Part shown: one piece after another, positions 30,201-41,727 of the stretch
How the letters are laid out: every line of letters starts with the position of its first letter
Numbering within the stretch: the stretch's first letter is position 1
NCBI GenBank assembly: GCA_963746845.1
Contig: CAVVCZ010000005.1
Coordinates: 467,591-531,590 of the forward strand
Length of the DNA stretch: 64,000 nt
Direction of reading: 5' to 3'
DNA from: an uncultured Chloroflexia bacterium
GTDB taxonomy: Bacteria; Chloroflexota; Limnocylindria; Limnocylindrales; CSP1-4
Program-made: the position numbers and the translations under genes
Notes under the pieces: model-generated
Databases searched by the model: none
Told to the model about the DNA's origin: nothing
The model's input: the letters and a program-made list of their open reading frames with translations, nothing else

Positions 30201-33200
30201 CTCGTGAACCGTGACGTCGCCAACTGGTACGAAACGGAGGGCAAGGGGTTCGCGGCCACCCAGGGCGAGCCCTCCCGGGCGATGCTCTTCGCCCCGATGA
30301 TCGTCGGCGACCAGGTCCGCGGCCGGATCTCGCTCCAGAACCTGGATCGCGAGGACGTCTTCACCGAGGCGGATGTCCGCCTGCTGACGACACTGGCGTC
30401 GAGCCTCAGCGTCGCCCTCGAGAACGCCCGCCTGTTCGACGAGACCCGCCGGCTCCTGACCGAGACGAACGAGCGGGCTGCCGAGCTGGCCCTGATCAAC
30501 GATGTCCAGCACGGCCTCGCCCAGAAGCTCGATCGGCAGTCGATGTACGACCTCGTCGGTGACCGGATCCAGGCGATCTTCGACGCGCAGATCGTGGACA
30601 TCGGCGTCGTCGAGTCGGAGATCAGCCAGATCCGCTTCCTCTACACGATCGAGCGCGGCGTGCGGTTCCCGGAGGAGACGCTGCCGATCATCGGGCCACG
30701 CCGGCACGTGATCGAGACGCGCAAGCCGCTCCTGATCAATCGTGACGTGATCGCCCGCGTCACCGAGCTCGGCCAGGAGCCGGGCCTCACGTCCGGCGAG
30801 TCTCCGAAGTCCGCCGTCTGGGTGCCGTTGGTCGTCGGCGGCGAGACACGCGGCGTGATCTCCCTGCAGAACATCGATCGGGAGGACGCGTTCAGCGATT
30901 CCGACGTGGAGCTGCTGACCACGCTCGCGGCCAGCCTGAGCGTCGCCCTCGAGAACGTGCGCCTGATCGACGAGACGCGACAACGGCTCGCCGAGCTGGC
31001 GACCGTCAACGAGGTCAGCCGGGCGCTGTCGACCCAGCTCGACCTTGACGCCCTGCTGGAGCTGGTCGGCGAGCAGATGCGGCGGACGTTCGAGGCCGAC
31101 ATCTGCTACGTCGCGATCCACGATCTCGCGAACGGGCAGATCGCCTTTCCGTACTACTACGAGGCAGGAGCCCGCGGGGCACAGGAGCCCTTCCCGTTCG
31201 GGGAGGGACTCACGTCGCGGATCATCCTCGAGCGCGAGCCGCTCCTGTTGAACCGTGAGGCGGACTGGACCGATCTGCGGTCCCAGTCGCTCGGGACGCA
31301 GGCGAAGTCGTACCTCGGCGTCCCGATCCTCTCCGGCGACACCGCGATCGGCGTGATCAGCGTCCAGAGCACGACCCGCGAGGGACGGTTCGGCGACAGC
31401 GACGTCCGGCTCCTCTCGACGATCGCCGCGAACGTCGGCGTCGCGATCCAGAACGCGCGGCTCTACCAGGAAGCACACCGCCGAGGCGACGAGATGGCGG
31501 TGCTCGCCGAGGTCGGCCAGGAGATCTCGGCGACGCTCGACGCGCGCACCGTCCTCGAGCAGATCGGCGAGCGCGTGCACACGCTGCTGGCGGCCGACAC
31601 GACCGCGCTCTATCTGGCCGACGCGGACGGCCGGACGTTCCGCGCGATCCTCGCCATCGGCGAGCTGGCCGACGCGATCAGGGCGGACGCGATCACGGTC
31701 GGCGAGGGGCTCGTCGGGGATGTCATCCGGACGCGCGTCCCGGAGTACGTCAACGACGCCTTCGCGGACCCGCGGGTGCGCGACATCCCGGACACCGACG
31801 AGCACGAGCCGGAGATCGACCGGATGATGATCGCCCCGCTGACCGCCCGAGACCGGGTCACCGGCGTGGCGGTCGTCTGGCGATCGGCCGGCGTGCCGTT
31901 CGTCGAGGCGGACCTCGATTTCCTCGTCGGGATCGCGCGGCAGGCCTCGATCGCGCTCGAGAACTCGCGCCTGTTCACCGAGGCCCAGGAGGCCCAGGCC
32001 GCGGCCGAGGCGGCCAACCAGGCGAAGAGCGCGTTCCTCGCGTCGATGAGCCACGAGATCCGGACCCCGATGAACGCGGTCATCGGGATGAGCGGATTGC
32101 TGCTCGAGACCGAGCTGGACACGGAGCAGCGCGACTTCGCCGAAACGATCCGGACGTCCGGCGACGCTCTGCTGACGATCATCAACGACATCCTCGACTT
32201 CTCGAAGATCGAGGCCGGCAAGGTCGACCTGGCCGCCGAGCCCTTCTCGCTCCGGACATCGATCGAGAGCGCCCTCGACGTCGTGGCCCCGATCGCCGCG
32301 AAGAAGGAGGTCGAGCTCGTCTACGCGATGGGTGACGGCCTGCCCGAGGCGATCGTCGGCGACGCCGGCCGTCTCCGACAGATCGTCCTCAACCTCCTGT
32401 CGAACGCGATCAAGTTCACCGAGCAGGGCGAGGTCGTCCTGTCGGTCGAGGCCGAGAAGGGAGCCCACGCGCGCGACCCCTGGACGATCACCGTCGACGT
32501 GCGGGACACCGGGATCGGCATCGCGCCGGACCGGATGGACCAGCTCTTCCAATCGTTCAGCCAGCTCGACGCATCGATCAGCCGGCGGTACGGCGGGACC
32601 GGTCTCGGATTGGCGATCAGCCGGCGCCTGGCGGAGTCGATGGGCGGCACGCTGACCGCGACAAGCAGTGGCGTGGCCGGCGAGGGCAGCACGTTCCGGC
32701 TGGTCCTGCCGGCCCGGGCGACGACGCTGCCCGACGCGCCGGCGCCGGCACCCGAACGAAGCATCCGCGGGTGCCGGATCCTCGTGGTGGACGACAACGC
32801 GACGAACCGCCGGATCATCACCAGCTTCCTCGCGCGCTGGGGCGTCGAGGGTGAGGCGACCGCCTCGCCGAAGGAGGCGCTGAAGTGGGTCCGGGCAGGA
32901 CGGAAGTTCGACGCCGCGATCCTCGACTTCCTGATGCCGGAGCTGGACGGCGTGGAGCTCGCAGAGGGACTCCTGAAGCTGCGACCGGAGCAGCCGATGC
33001 CGGTCGTCATCCTCTCGTCGATCGGCCAGCATGCCCGGACGGCCGCGAACATCTCGTCGACGCTGGTCAAGCCGGTCAAGCCGTCCGCCCTGCACGACGC
33101 GCTCGCCGATGCGCTCGCCGGGTCCGCATCGGACGACGTCACCGAGGCGGCTCCGGCGGCCCGGCCCGCGAAGCCTCGAAGCCGCCGCGCGGCGACCACG

Positions 33201-33605
33201 GGCGAGGACGCACGCGCCGCCGCGCCGCGGATCCTCCTGGCCGAGGACAATGCGGTCAACCAGAAGCTGGCGCTGCGGCTGCTGGAGCGGATGGGCCTGA
33301 GCGCCGAGGTCGTCGGCGACGGGCAGGCGGCCGTCGCGGCCATCGCGGAGCGCGACTTCGACGTCGTCCTGATGGACGTCCAGATGCCCGAGATGGACGG
33401 CCTGGAGGCGACCCGCCAGGTCCGCTCCCGCTGGCCGGATCGACCGATCCGGATCATCGGGCTGACGGCGAACGCGATGGCCGGCGACCGCGAGGCGTGC
33501 CTTGCAGCCGGCATGGACGACTACGTGAGCAAGCCGATCCGCCCCGAGGAGCTCCAGGCGGCGATCGAGAAGGCACGACCGAGCCTCATCGGAGGACCTG
33601 CATGA
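27237..33605 (+). CDS. Hybrid histidine kinase: 9 GAF - HisKA - HATPase - 2 REC
   Basis: Nine GAF units mostly ending ALENARLF; [22 protein letters not shown]; VVDDN and LAEDN..MDVQMP receiver domains; no TM. Confidence 0.93.
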   Translation: MASKRQRSTSPPPAPDDVDALRARVTQLEAREAEHARSERVQAALYRIAEAASAATDLPSFYRTVHEIVGGLMYAQNFYIALHDAERGRMNYPYFVDEFDKDIPDPNAWEPFGEGQARGVTAYALRLGRPLRIDGATYRALIESHEIELLGVVTDEAVWLGVPLPAEGHSQGVLVIQSYSADHRYSERDLDLLTFVGQHVGSALSRVRAIEETRQRNAELGLINEIGAALAKQLDFDAIIQLVGDRVRDLFAANSMFIALHDPATNLVTFPYDLDEGKPFERGHWPLGPGMTSQVITTGEPLRVGDAAEQAAAGAIQVGGADTLSWLGVPITGASRVIGVLGLESLQEHAYTEADERLLGTLAASMGVALENARLFDETTRLLTESNERAAELSVVNEIGAALADQLEFQAIIDLVGARVDQIFEPVSMYIALYDASTNIVEFPYSTDFGHDVRTTVGRTAMELGPGLTSRIIEMRRPVRVGSNDEADALGAIQVGGPDTESFLGVPIMSGDRVTGVIAMERLERDAYTANDERLLSTLASSMGVALENARLFTETNERAAELAVINEVQAGLAEQLDFDAIVHLVGDRIRGIFKARTIYIGVLDAATRTLSFPYDLTDGKPVHTEPYVVGPGPVSTVVETGKPVLLRSADEARQAGHVDYGTPTESWLGVPIVTADRVLGALVVESPDRDAYDEGHQRLLSTLASSMGVALENARLFDETRRLLTETNERAAELTVINEIGSALAEQLEFDSIIELVGRRIADIFHVDALQILQYHEVEGRIERRYGIEGGKRSESMAFPFGEGLTSKVIRSRTPLNIGSDDDMNAAGAIRTGLRNESWLGVPIPAGDRIFGVIALESMEKRTFDDAHVRLLSTLATSMGVALENARLFDETRRLLTETNERAAELALINDIQAGLAQKLDIQAMYDLVGDKIQEIFDAQVVDIGIYDTSAGLVRFPYTIERGVRFPDEPVEIGGASGWVYRHRQPLLVNRDVANWYETEGKGFAATQGEPSRAMLFAPMIVGDQVRGRISLQNLDREDVFTEADVRLLTTLASSLSVALENARLFDETRRLLTETNERAAELALINDVQHGLAQKLDRQSMYDLVGDRIQAIFDAQIVDIGVVESEISQIRFLYTIERGVRFPEETLPIIGPRRHVIETRKPLLINRDVIARVTELGQEPGLTSGESPKSAVWVPLVVGGETRGVISLQNIDREDAFSDSDVELLTTLAASLSVALENVRLIDETRQRLAELATVNEVSRALSTQLDLDALLELVGEQMRRTFEADICYVAIHDLANGQIAFPYYYEAGARGAQEPFPFGEGLTSRIILEREPLLLNREADWTDLRSQSLGTQAKSYLGVPILSGDTAIGVISVQSTTREGRFGDSDVRLLSTIAANVGVAIQNARLYQEAHRRGDEMAVLAEVGQEISATLDARTVLEQIGERVHTLLAADTTALYLADADGRTFRAILAIGELADAIRADAITVGEGLVGDVIRTRVPEYVNDAFADPRVRDIPDTDEHEPEIDRMMIAPLTARDRVTGVAVVWRSAGVPFVEADLDFLVGIARQASIALENSRLFTEAQEAQAAAEAANQAKSAFLASMSHEIRTPMNAVIGMSGLLLETELDTEQRDFAETIRTSGDALLTIINDILDFSKIEAGKVDLAAEPFSLRTSIESALDVVAPIAAKKEVELVYAMGDGLPEAIVGDAGRLRQIVLNLLSNAIKFTEQGEVVLSVEAEKGAHARDPWTITVDVRDTGIGIAPDRMDQLFQSFSQLDASISRRYGGTGLGLAISRRLAESMGGTLTATSSGVAGEGSTFRLVLPARATTLPDAPAPAPERSIRGCRILVVDDNATNRRIITSFLARWGVEGEATASPKEALKWVRAGRKFDAAILDFLMPELDGVELAEGLLKLRPEQPMPVVILSSIGQHARTAANISSTLVKPVKPSALHDALADALAGSASDDVTEAAPAARPAKPRSRRAATTGEDARAAAPRILLAEDNAVNQKLALRLLERMGLSAEVVGDGQAAVAAIAERDFDVVLMDVQMPEMDGLEATRQVRSRWPDRPIRIIGLTANAMAGDREACLAAGMDDYVSKPIRPEELQAAIEKARPSLIGGPA
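28330..30490 (+). repeat. Five near-identical inter-GAF linker repeats
   Basis: ctcgagaacgcccg.ctgttc...aacgaacgggccgccgagctc near 28344, 28876, 29370, 29886 and 30417. Confidence 0.8.
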
Positions 33606-35227
33606 CGCCACCGTCGGGTGACGGACTGAACCAGCCGGGCCGGATCCTCGTCGTCGACGACACGGCCTTCAATCGGCAGCTGCTCGCGCGGCTGCTGCGC
33701 GGCATCGGCCACGAGCCCGTCGAGGTCGAGGACGGCCGTCAGGCGCTCGACCGACTGCGGGACCTGGACGCCCCGCCGATCGACGTGATCCTGCTCGACA
33801 TCCTCATGCCCGAGATGGACGGCTACCAGGTGCTCGAGGCGCTGGCCGCCGATCCCGCTCTTCAGCATCTCCCGGTGATCGTGATCTCCGGCGTCGACGA
33901 GCTCGACAGCGTCGTCCGCTGCCTCGGGATGGGCGCGGCCGACTATCTCCCGAAGACCGTCGATCCGGCGATCCTGCAGGCCCGGATCGCCTCGTCGCTC
34001 GCGCGCAAGCGCCTCCACGACGCGGAGCTCGAGGCCGGCGACCGGCAGGCCGCGACGAACGAGGTGCTGGCGATCATGAGCCGGTCCGCGTTCGACCTCC
34101 AGGTGGTCCTCGACGCGGTCGTGCGCGCTGCCGTTCGTCTGTGCCGGGCCGACTACGGCGTCGCCTACGTCCTCGACGGCGGCGCCTACCGCGTCGCGTC
34201 GTCCTCCGGCGGGACGCCCGAGCTCGACGCCTGGGAGCGGGACCACCCGATCCTGCCGGGCCGCGACAGCGTCGTTGGCCGGGTGGCGCTGATCGGTGAG
34301 GCGATCCGGGTCGACGACGTGCTCGCCGATCACGAGTACGCCACGACGCCGGGCCAGCAGGTCGGCGGCTATCGGAGCCTGCTCGGCGTCCCGATCCAGC
34401 AGGACGGGATCGTCAGCGGGGTGCTGGCCCTGACCCGCAACGACGTCCGCCGGTTCGACGATCCGGAGACCGCCCTCGCGATCGGCTTCGCCGAGCAGGC
34501 GGGGATCGGCATCGCCAACGCCCGGCTGCTCGAGACGATCGAGCGCCAGCGCGGCCAGCTCGCGCGGTTCCTTTCGCCCCAGGTCGCGGCGCTCGTCTCG
34601 AGCCCGGAGGGCGAGGCGATGCTCGCCGGACACCGACGGGAGATCACCGCGATGTTCTGCGACCTGCGGAACTTCACGACGTTCTCCGAGGCCGCCGAGC
34701 CGGAGGAGGTCCTGGGGTTCCTTCGCCGCTATCACGCGACGGTCGGATCGCTCGTCGTCCAGCATGAGGGCACCCTCGAGCACTTCGCCGGCGACGGGAT
34801 CATGGTCTTCTTCAACGACCCTGAGCTCCAGGCAGACCATGCGGCGCGCGCGGTCCGGATGGCGGTCGCGATCCGGGAGCTGTTCGCCGAGATCAGCGAG
34901 GAGTGGCGTCGGCGCGGCCACGTCCTGCAGGTCGGGATGGGCATCGCGACGGGCTACGCGACGATGGGCCGGATCGGGTTCGAGGGCCGCTACGACTACG
35001 GCGGGATCGGCAACGCGATCATCCTCGCTTCGCGGCTCAGCAGCGAGGCGAAGGCCGGCGAGATCCTGATCGCCCAGCGGACCTACGCGGCCGTCGACGG
35101 GCAGGTGCCCGCGGAGCCCGCGGGCGAGCGCCAGCTCAAGGGTTTCAGCCGGCCGATGGCCGTCTACAGCGTCACGACGCCGGGCGTCGCCGCCGGCGCG
35201 GACGCCGAAGCCATGGAAGCGTCGTGA
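33602..35227 (+). CDS. REC-GAF-class III adenylate/guanylate cyclase
   Basis: ILVVDD..LLDILMP receiver; GAF; [30 protein letters not shown]. Confidence 0.9.
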   Translation: MTPPSGDGLNQPGRILVVDDTAFNRQLLARLLRGIGHEPVEVEDGRQALDRLRDLDAPPIDVILLDILMPEMDGYQVLEALAADPALQHLPVIVISGVDELDSVVRCLGMGAADYLPKTVDPAILQARIASSLARKRLHDAELEAGDRQAATNEVLAIMSRSAFDLQVVLDAVVRAAVRLCRADYGVAYVLDGGAYRVASSSGGTPELDAWERDHPILPGRDSVVGRVALIGEAIRVDDVLADHEYATTPGQQVGGYRSLLGVPIQQDGIVSGVLALTRNDVRRFDDPETALAIGFAEQAGIGIANARLLETIERQRGQLARFLSPQVAALVSSPEGEAMLAGHRREITAMFCDLRNFTTFSEAAEPEEVLGFLRRYHATVGSLVVQHEGTLEHFAGDGIMVFFNDPELQADHAARAVRMAVAIRELFAEISEEWRRRGHVLQVGMGIATGYATMGRIGFEGRYDYGGIGNAIILASRLSSEAKAGEILIAQRTYAAVDGQVPAEPAGERQLKGFSRPMAVYSVTTPGVAAGADAEAMEAS

Positions 35228-35592
35228 GCGCGGGGCCGCCGATCGATCCGGCGACGTTCGCGAACCTGCTCGAGATGACGGGCGACGACGATGCGTTCGT
35301 CGACGACCTCGTCGACACCTACCTCGAGGAGGGGGCCGGGCTCGTCGACGCGCTGCGGGCGGCCGCGGCGGGCGGTTCGGTCGACGATCTCGTCCGGCCC
35401 GCCCACTCGCTGAAGTCGAGCAGTCAGAACGTGGGGGCGACGGGCCTCGCGGACCTGTGCCGCGGTCTCGAGGAGGCCGCCCGCGGCGGCGCCGTCCCGG
35501 ATGCTCCGGAACGGGTCGCCGCCATCGGCACGGCCTTCGACGAGGTGCGGATCGCCCTGTTGGGCGAGCGGGCCCAGCGCGAGACGCGCTGA
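35224..35592 (+). CDS. Hpt phosphotransfer protein
   Basis: AHSLKSSSQNVGA..LADLCRGLE; GTG overlaps upstream stop. Confidence 0.9.
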   Translation: MSAGPPIDPATFANLLEMTGDDDAFVDDLVDTYLEEGAGLVDALRAAAAGGSVDDLVRPAHSLKSSSQNVGATGLADLCRGLEEAARGGAVPDAPERVAAIGTAFDEVRIALLGERAQRETR

Positions 35593-35696
35593 GGGTCTAC
35601 TGGGCGAGCCGCTGCCAGTCGTCGATCCGGTCGACGGGCCCACTCTCGAGCGTCGACGTTCCCGTGGAAATGGTTCAGCCGCGGCTGTGGCCGGGT

Positions 35697-36305
35697 TCAG
35701 CGCAGGCGCGCGGCGAGCTCCGGGTGCCCGGCCGCCTCGGCGAGGTCGGCCGGGGTCCGCCCGTCGTCGGTTCGGGCCGCCTTGTCCGCTCCTGCCGCGA
35801 GCAGGCGGTCGACGGTCGCGTCCGCGCCGTTCTGCGCGGCGCCGTGGAGCGGCGTGTACCCGTGGCGCTGGACCGCGTTGACGTCGGCGCCCGCGGCGAG
35901 CAGCACCGCCACGACGTCGTCGTGGTCCCCGGCGCAGGCCGAGTGGAGCGGCTGGACCCAGAGGTCGTTCCGGGATCGGGCGTTGACGTCCGCGCCGGAA
36001 TCGAGGAGCACCCGGGCGGCCTCGGCGGCACGCGCCCCGCCGAAGAACGCGGGGTAGTGGAGCGCCGTGAACCCGTCCGGGCTCCACGCGAGCGCGAGGG
36101 ACGCATCCGCGGCCACCACCTCCCGCGCCCGATCGGGGCGAGCGAGCGCGGCCGCCTCGAAGATGTCCAGCCCGGGGAGCTCGCCGGCCAGCCCCTCGGC
36201 GACGTCGCGTCGCCCTCGATACAGCGCGTCCATGACCGCGCTGACCCCGTCCCCCACCCGTGCCTCTGTCGCCATGTCGAGCCCCACGATAGCGATCCGG
36301 GTCAT
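35697..36305 (-). CDS. Ankyrin repeat protein
   Basis: DGFTALHY, QPLHSAC, GYTPLHGAAQNG, DGRTPADLA; start uncertain (36305 or 36275). Confidence 0.88.
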   Translation of the reverse strand: MTRIAIVGLDMATEARVGDGVSAVMDALYRGRRDVAEGLAGELPGLDIFEAAALARPDRAREVVAADASLALAWSPDGFTALHYPAFFGGARAAEAARVLLDSGADVNARSRNDLWVQPLHSACAGDHDDVVAVLLAAGADVNAVQRHGYTPLHGAAQNGADATVDRLLAAGADKAARTDDGRTPADLAEAAGHPELAARLR

Positions 36306-36429
36306 CGAGGATCGCCTCCTCCGCGACGGCTGACCGCGAGTACCATCGTCGGACCGCGCGGGTCGCGGTGCATCCGGCGCCCGGCCCACGCCGCCGACGG
36401 CGCCCACAGCCGCAGGGAGGCCTTCGACC

Positions 36430-37197
36430 GTGCGTCTCCAGGACAAGGTCACGATCATCACCGGTGCCGGAGGCGGCATGGGACGGACGGCGGCCCGGAT
36501 GTTCGCCGCCGAGGGCGCCCGCGTGGTGTGCGTCGACGTCACCGAGGAGATGGCCGAGTCGGCCGCGGCCGAGGTCGTCGCGGCCGGCGGCCAGGCGACG
36601 GCCGTCGCGGCGGACGTGTCGCAGGACGACCAGGCGAAGCGGATGGTCGACCACGCGGTCGCGACGTACGGCCGGGTCGACGCGCTCTACAACAACGCCG
36701 GGATCATGCCGGCCGCCGACCACTCCGTCGTCGACACGGATGTCGCGACCTGGGACAAGGTCATGGCGGTCAACGTCCGCGGCGTCTACCTCGGCTGCAA
36801 GTACGCGATCCCGAAGATGGTCGATGGGGGCGCGGGCTCGATCATCAATGTCGCCTCATTCGTCGCGATCCTGGGCTGCTCCGTGCCGCAGGACGCGTAC
36901 ACCGCGTCGAAGGGCGCGGTGCTCGCCCTCACGAAGAGCCTGGCCGTCCAGTTCGCGCCACAGGGCGTCCGGACGAATTCCATCTCGCCCGGCCCGATCG
37001 AGACGCCGCTCCTGATGGACTGGCTGGTCAAGGACGAGGAGGCGAAGCGGATCCGCCTCGCCCGGAACCCGACGGGCCGGTTCGGCAAGCCCGAGGAGAT
37101 CGTCCACGTCGCGCTGTACCTCGCGTCGGACGAGAGCCGCTGGACGAACGGGGCCAACCTCGTGATCGACGGCGGGATCACCGTCAACTACTTCTGA
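36430..37197 (+). CDS. SDR-family oxidoreductase
   Basis: TGAGGGMG, NNAG, YTASKG, INVASFVA. Confidence 0.92.
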   Translation: MRLQDKVTIITGAGGGMGRTAARMFAAEGARVVCVDVTEEMAESAAAEVVAAGGQATAVAADVSQDDQAKRMVDHAVATYGRVDALYNNAGIMPAADHSVVDTDVATWDKVMAVNVRGVYLGCKYAIPKMVDGGAGSIINVASFVAILGCSVPQDAYTASKGAVLALTKSLAVQFAPQGVRTNSISPGPIETPLLMDWLVKDEEAKRIRLARNPTGRFGKPEEIVHVALYLASDESRWTNGANLVIDGGITVNYF

Positions 37198-37208
37198 GGG
37201 ACGAGGAC

Positions 37209-38021
37209 ATGGAGGCACCGTCGGCCGATCGGATCGCGGTCGGGGTGGACGTCGGGGGCAGCGGGATCAAGGCGGCGGTCGTGGATGTCGACCGCGGGGT
37301 GCTCGTGGGACCGCGCCACCGGGTCGCCACGCCACAGCCGTCGACCCCGGACGTCGTCGTGCCGATCATCATCCGGACCGTCCGGCTGGCCCTGCGCGGT
37401 GCGGGGTTCCTGCCGAGCCGGACGACGGCCGTCCGGTTTCCGATCGGGGTGGGGATGCCGTCGGTCATCCTCGACGGGGTGACGAAGACGGCGGCGAACA
37501 TCGACCCGGGCTGGGTCGACTACGACCTGGGGTCGCGCCTCCGGGAAGCGTTCATGGGCACGGTGGTCGTCCTGAACGACGCCGACGCCGCGGGCCTCGC
37601 GGAGATGCGGTTCGGCGCAGGCGTCGGGGAGCGCGGCGTCGTCTTCGTCCTGACCCTCGGCACGGGTCTGGGATCCGGGATGTTCAACGACGGAGTCCTC
37701 GTCCCGAACACCGAGCTCGGCCACATGGAGATCCGCGGGCGCGACGCGGAGCGACGGTCGGCGGCGGTCGCGCGCACGCGGCGCGGCCTGTCCTGGAAGG
37801 CGTGGGCGGCCGATCTCGACGAGCACCTTCACGCGATCGATCGGCTGTTCTGGCCGAACCTGATCATCCTCGGTGGCGGCGTCAGCAAGAACGCCGACAA
37901 GTTCCTCTCCCGGCTGACGGTCCGGCCGCGGGTCGTGCCGGCGACGCTCCGCAACGACGCGGGGATCGTCGGCTCGGCGATGGCGGCCGCGGAGAAGCTC
38001 GTCGAGGGCGCCCCGGGCTGA
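37209..38021 (+). CDS. ppgK: Polyphosphate glucokinase (ROK family)
   Basis: [41 protein letters not shown]. Confidence 0.88.
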   Translation: MEAPSADRIAVGVDVGGSGIKAAVVDVDRGVLVGPRHRVATPQPSTPDVVVPIIIRTVRLALRGAGFLPSRTTAVRFPIGVGMPSVILDGVTKTAANIDPGWVDYDLGSRLREAFMGTVVVLNDADAAGLAEMRFGAGVGERGVVFVLTLGTGLGSGMFNDGVLVPNTELGHMEIRGRDAERRSAAVARTRRGLSWKAWAADLDEHLHAIDRLFWPNLIILGGGVSKNADKFLSRLTVRPRVVPATLRNDAGIVGSAMAAAEKLVEGAPG

Positions 38022-38072
38022 GCCGCGGCGCCGGGTCGAGCCGGCAAGTCCGTCGGCGCGCGGGCCCGGTGC

Positions 38073-39113
38073 TCAGGCCTGGTCGCGCAGGGCGCGCAGC
38101 CGCTCGGTCGAGCCCGACACGACGAGCGAATCGCCGTCCGTCAGGACGCGGTCGCGGCCTGGATTGGCCTCGTAGTCGGTGTCGCCGCGGACGATCGCGA
38201 GCGCAAACACGCCCTCGTCAAGGAGCTGGCCCACGGTCCGCCCGTCCAGATACCCGCCCTGCGCGACCTGGACCTCCTCCAGCGAGAACCGCAGGTCGCC
38301 GTGCGAGAGTGCCGCATCGATGAAGTCCGCCACCCGCGGCCGGATCGCCAGCTCCGCCATCCGCCGACCGGCCATGGTGTACGGCGAGACGACGCGATCC
38401 GCGCCGGCCTGCAGGAGCTTCGCGTCGGACCCCTCGGCGTTCGCTCGACCGACGACGAACAGACCGGGATTCATCGTCCTCGCCGACAGCGTCACGTAGA
38501 CGTTGTTGGCATCCGAATCGATGGTGGCGACGAGGCCTCGAGCCCGCTCGATCCCGGCCCTTCGGAGCGTGTCGTCGGACGTCGCGTCCCCCTCCACGAC
38601 GAGGTGACCGTCGCGTCGGGCCCGCTCGAGCGATGCGGGCTCGATGTCGATGACGACGAGCTTCTGGCCGGCATGGACGAGCTCGCGGGCGACCGTCGAA
38701 CCGACACGGCCATAGCCGCACAGCAGGTAGTGGCCCGTGAGGTCCGCTACGGCGTCCGTCATCCGTCGTGCCTCCCGTCTCCCGCTGGAGACCTCGGCCA
38801 CCACCGCCTCCGCGACGATTCCGATGCTCCCGTAGATGATGCCGACCCCGGCGATCGCGACAAGCATCGTCCACAGCCGCTCCGACCAGTCGGTCAGCTC
38901 GCGCACCTCGCGGAAGCCGACCGTCGTCAAGGTGATCACCGTCATGTACACGGCGTCGCCGGCGGGCCACCGGAACAGGACGACGTATCCCGCCGACCCG
39001 ATGACTGCTGTCATCACGATGATGGCGAGCCACACCCGGACATGGCGGCCGCTGACGATGTCGGCGACGTTCCTGAACATGCGCGGCACGTGCCAGCGCG
39101 TCGGCCGTCGCAT
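38073..39113 (-). CDS. Potassium channel with RCK (TrkA-N/C) domains
   Basis: Two TM helices with TLTTVGF pore; [19 protein letters not shown]; start uncertain. Confidence 0.88.
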   Translation of the reverse strand: MRRPTRWHVPRMFRNVADIVSGRHVRVWLAIIVMTAVIGSAGYVVLFRWPAGDAVYMTVITLTTVGFREVRELTDWSERLWTMLVAIAGVGIIYGSIGIVAEAVVAEVSSGRREARRMTDAVADLTGHYLLCGYGRVGSTVARELVHAGQKLVVIDIEPASLERARRDGHLVVEGDATSDDTLRRAGIERARGLVATIDSDANNVYVTLSARTMNPGLFVVGRANAEGSDAKLLQAGADRVVSPYTMAGRRMAELAIRPRVADFIDAALSHGDLRFSLEEVQVAQGGYLDGRTVGQLLDEGVFALAIVRGDTDYEANPGRDRVLTDGDSLVVSGSTERLRALRDQA

Positions 39114-39335
39114 GGTCGAGCCCGTGGCCGGATCGATCGGATGAGCCTCCTTGGTCGCGGGCCGAGCCGTCATCCGCCGAGTATCGCCCTCCCGGCGCCC
39201 TCGAAACCGACCGAAGTGGCGGTCTGGCTCGGCCGGGATGAGCTGCCGTCGCGGTCTCGGAGCGCGGGGGCGGACTACCATGGGACCAGCCACCCGCGGC
39301 CGTTCGCCGCCCGATCCCGAGGCGAGGATTCGACG

Positions 39336-40829
39336 ATGACCACCGAGCAGCAGGCCGCCGCATCCGCGACGGCCGAAGGGCCCCAGATCGCGAGGATGAT
39401 GATCGGCGGGGAGTCCGTGGACGCAGCGGACGGGCAGACCTTCGAGGTCGTCAACCCCGCCAACGGGGCGACGATCGCGACCGCGCCGCTCGGCGGGCGT
39501 GAGGACGTCGACCGGGCCGTGGCGGCGGCGCAGAAGGCGTTCGAGGATCGCAAGGGCTGGGCGAGCTGGGCGGCCGGCAAGCGGGGCCGGTCCCTGTCGA
39601 AGCTCGCCGATCTGATCAAGAAGAACAGCGAGGAGCTTGCCTGGCTCGAGAGCCGCAACGTGGGCAAGCCGATCGGTGGCGCCCGCGGCGAGGTCATCGG
39701 CGCGAGCCTCGTCTTCGACTATTACGCGGGGGCGGCGAACAAGGTCTTCGGCCAGACGATCCCGGTGTCGAAGCCGGGTCTCGACCTCACGCTCCGCGAG
39801 CCGATCGGCGTCGTCGGGCTGATCGTGCCGTGGAACTTCCCGATCCTCATGGCCTCGTGGAAGGTCGCGCCGGCCCTCGCAGCCGGGAACACCGCGATCC
39901 TCAAGCCCGCGTCGTACTCGCCGCTGACCGCGATCCGGCTCGGCGAGCTGGCGCTGGAGGCGGGCATCCCGGCAGGGGTCCTGAACGTCGTGACCGGCCC
40001 GGGCGGGACGGCCGGCGCCTCGATCGCCGCGCACCCGGGGATCGGCAAGGTCGCCTTCACGGGCGAGACGACGACCGGCCAGGAGATCATGCGGCTGGCC
40101 TCCGGCAACGTGAAGAAGATCAGCCTCGAGCTCGGTGGCAAGAGCCCGAACATCGTCTTCGCCGATGCGGACCTCGAGAAGTTCGCCCGCGAGTCGCCCT
40201 ACTCGGTCTTCGACAACACCGGCCAGGACTGCTGCGCCCGGAGCCGGATCCTCGTCGAGCGATCCGTCCACGAGCGGGTCGTCGAGCTGTTCGCCGAGGC
40301 GACGCGGAACGTGAAGGTCGGCGATCCGGCCGACGACGCGACGGAGGTCGGGACGCTCGTCAGCTTCAGGCAGCGCGACCGCGTGAAGGACTACATCGAG
40401 ATCGGCCAGGCCGAGGGCGCGACCATCGTCGTCGGCGGGGTCGAGCCGGATGATCCGGCGCTGGCCGGCGGTGCGTACCTGATGCCGACGGTGTTCGACG
40501 GGGTCTCGAACGACATGCGGATCGCCAAGGAGGAGATCTTCGGGCCGGTGGTCTCGGTCATCCCGTTCGACACCGAGGAGGAGGCGCTGCGGCTCGCGAA
40601 CGCGACCCCGTACGGCCTGTCCGGCTCGATCTGGAGCCGCGACATCGGCAAGGCCCTGCGGGCGGCGAAGGCGCTCCAGTCCGGCGTGATCTCGGTCAAC
40701 TCGAACAGCTCCGTCCACACCGAGGCGCCGTTCGGCGGCTACAAGATGTCGGGCATCGGGCGCGAGCTCGGGATGTCCGCGCTGGATCTCTACACCGAGA
40801 CGAAGAACGTCTTCATCGACCTCTCCTGA
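39336..40829 (+). CDS. Aldehyde dehydrogenase (aminoaldehyde-type)
   Basis: PWNFP, FTGET, LELGGKSP, GQDCC, EEIFGPV. Confidence 0.93.
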   Translation: MTTEQQAAASATAEGPQIARMMIGGESVDAADGQTFEVVNPANGATIATAPLGGREDVDRAVAAAQKAFEDRKGWASWAAGKRGRSLSKLADLIKKNSEELAWLESRNVGKPIGGARGEVIGASLVFDYYAGAANKVFGQTIPVSKPGLDLTLREPIGVVGLIVPWNFPILMASWKVAPALAAGNTAILKPASYSPLTAIRLGELALEAGIPAGVLNVVTGPGGTAGASIAAHPGIGKVAFTGETTTGQEIMRLASGNVKKISLELGGKSPNIVFADADLEKFARESPYSVFDNTGQDCCARSRILVERSVHERVVELFAEATRNVKVGDPADDATEVGTLVSFRQRDRVKDYIEIGQAEGATIVVGGVEPDDPALAGGAYLMPTVFDGVSNDMRIAKEEIFGPVVSVIPFDTEEEALRLANATPYGLSGSIWSRDIGKALRAAKALQSGVISVNSNSSVHTEAPFGGYKMSGIGRELGMSALDLYTETKNVFIDLS

Positions 40830-40857
40830 CGGGTTCGCCGCCCCCGTCCACGCCGCC

Positions 40858-41008
40858 GACGCGCCGACCGCGTCAAACGACTTACGACACCCCGTGAGGA
40901 CGCTCGACAACCCGGCAGATTGCCCATCCGGGGTCGTTGGCCGCATTGGGCGCGTCGCTTGACGCTCGGTTGGCGGTCCAGGCGCCGTTTGACGCGCTGA
41001 GCGCGTCG
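40858..41008. repeat. Structured repeat copy A with terminal inverted repeats
   Basis: cgcgtcaaacg (40869-40879) ... cgtttgacgcg (40986-40996); internal gcgtc-N4-gacgc at 40952. Confidence 0.85.
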
Positions 41009-41019
41009 CCACGGCCTCG

Positions 41020-41670
41020 TCAGAGCAGAACGACGGCGCTGTCTCCCGGTTCGAGACCCTGACCGAGCGCACCGAGCACGCGCCGGGCATGGCCGCGCAT
41101 CCCGACGAACGCGGCCGGCGCCGCCGCGAGGGCTCGGCGGTTTCGGCGGGTGTTCGCGACGACGAGGATCACCCGAGCCATGCCGCTGTCACGCTTCTTG
41201 AGGGCGATCCGACGCTCGAGCGCCTGCAGATCGTCAAGGACGGTCTCGGCCTCCACGGCGATCGCCCAACCGTCCCCGCTCACGACCGCGTCCCACGCGC
41301 GAAGGTCGCCGTCAAGCGGCAACGGGACCTCGGTACGCCACCGGAGTCGCGCTCCGACGCGCGGGCGAAACCGCGCGAGCAACCGCTGCTGCCCGACGTC
41401 CCGGATCGGATCGCCCGACGGGAACACGCGGAGCCGGAGCTCTTGACCGACGGTGGCCGCCATCGCCGCGAGCAGTCGGAGGTCCGGGTTGAGGGTTTCG
41501 CCGGATACGACCCGAGCCGCGGTCGAGCCGTCGACGTGACACGCCGCACCGATCGTGTCGAAGCTCAACCCGGCATTGCGACGACCCGAGCCGATGTCCA
41601 GGAGGACACGGTGGAGGTCCTCCTCGATCCGACGAACCGCCCGATCGACGGGCCGCGAACGAGTTCCCAT
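41020..41670 (-). CDS. XRE-type HTH fused to PD-(D/E)xK / DUF559-like endonuclease domain
   Basis: RRNAGLSFDTIGAACHVDGSTAARVVSG HTH; WRTEVPL..GDLRAWDAVV...IAVEAET nuclease-like core. Confidence 0.7.
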   Translation of the reverse strand: MGTRSRPVDRAVRRIEEDLHRVLLDIGSGRRNAGLSFDTIGAACHVDGSTAARVVSGETLNPDLRLLAAMAATVGQELRLRVFPSGDPIRDVGQQRLLARFRPRVGARLRWRTEVPLPLDGDLRAWDAVVSGDGWAIAVEAETVLDDLQALERRIALKKRDSGMARVILVVANTRRNRRALAAAPAAFVGMRGHARRVLGALGQGLEPGDSAVVLL

Positions 41671-41727
41671 GATCCGATCATGCCGGTCCTGCCTTCGCTG
41701 GCGGTTCGCTCGTCATGACCTGCCAAC

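Noticed and set aside
28330-30490. Regularly spaced DNA repeats resembling an array
   Set aside because: Spacing is about 500 bp and all copies are in-frame GAF linkers, not CRISPR or non-coding repeats
29625-33611. 1328-aa antisense ORF and many other long overlapping ORFs
   Set aside because: Shadow ORFs expected in high-GC DNA opposite well-supported genes; no recognisable motifs
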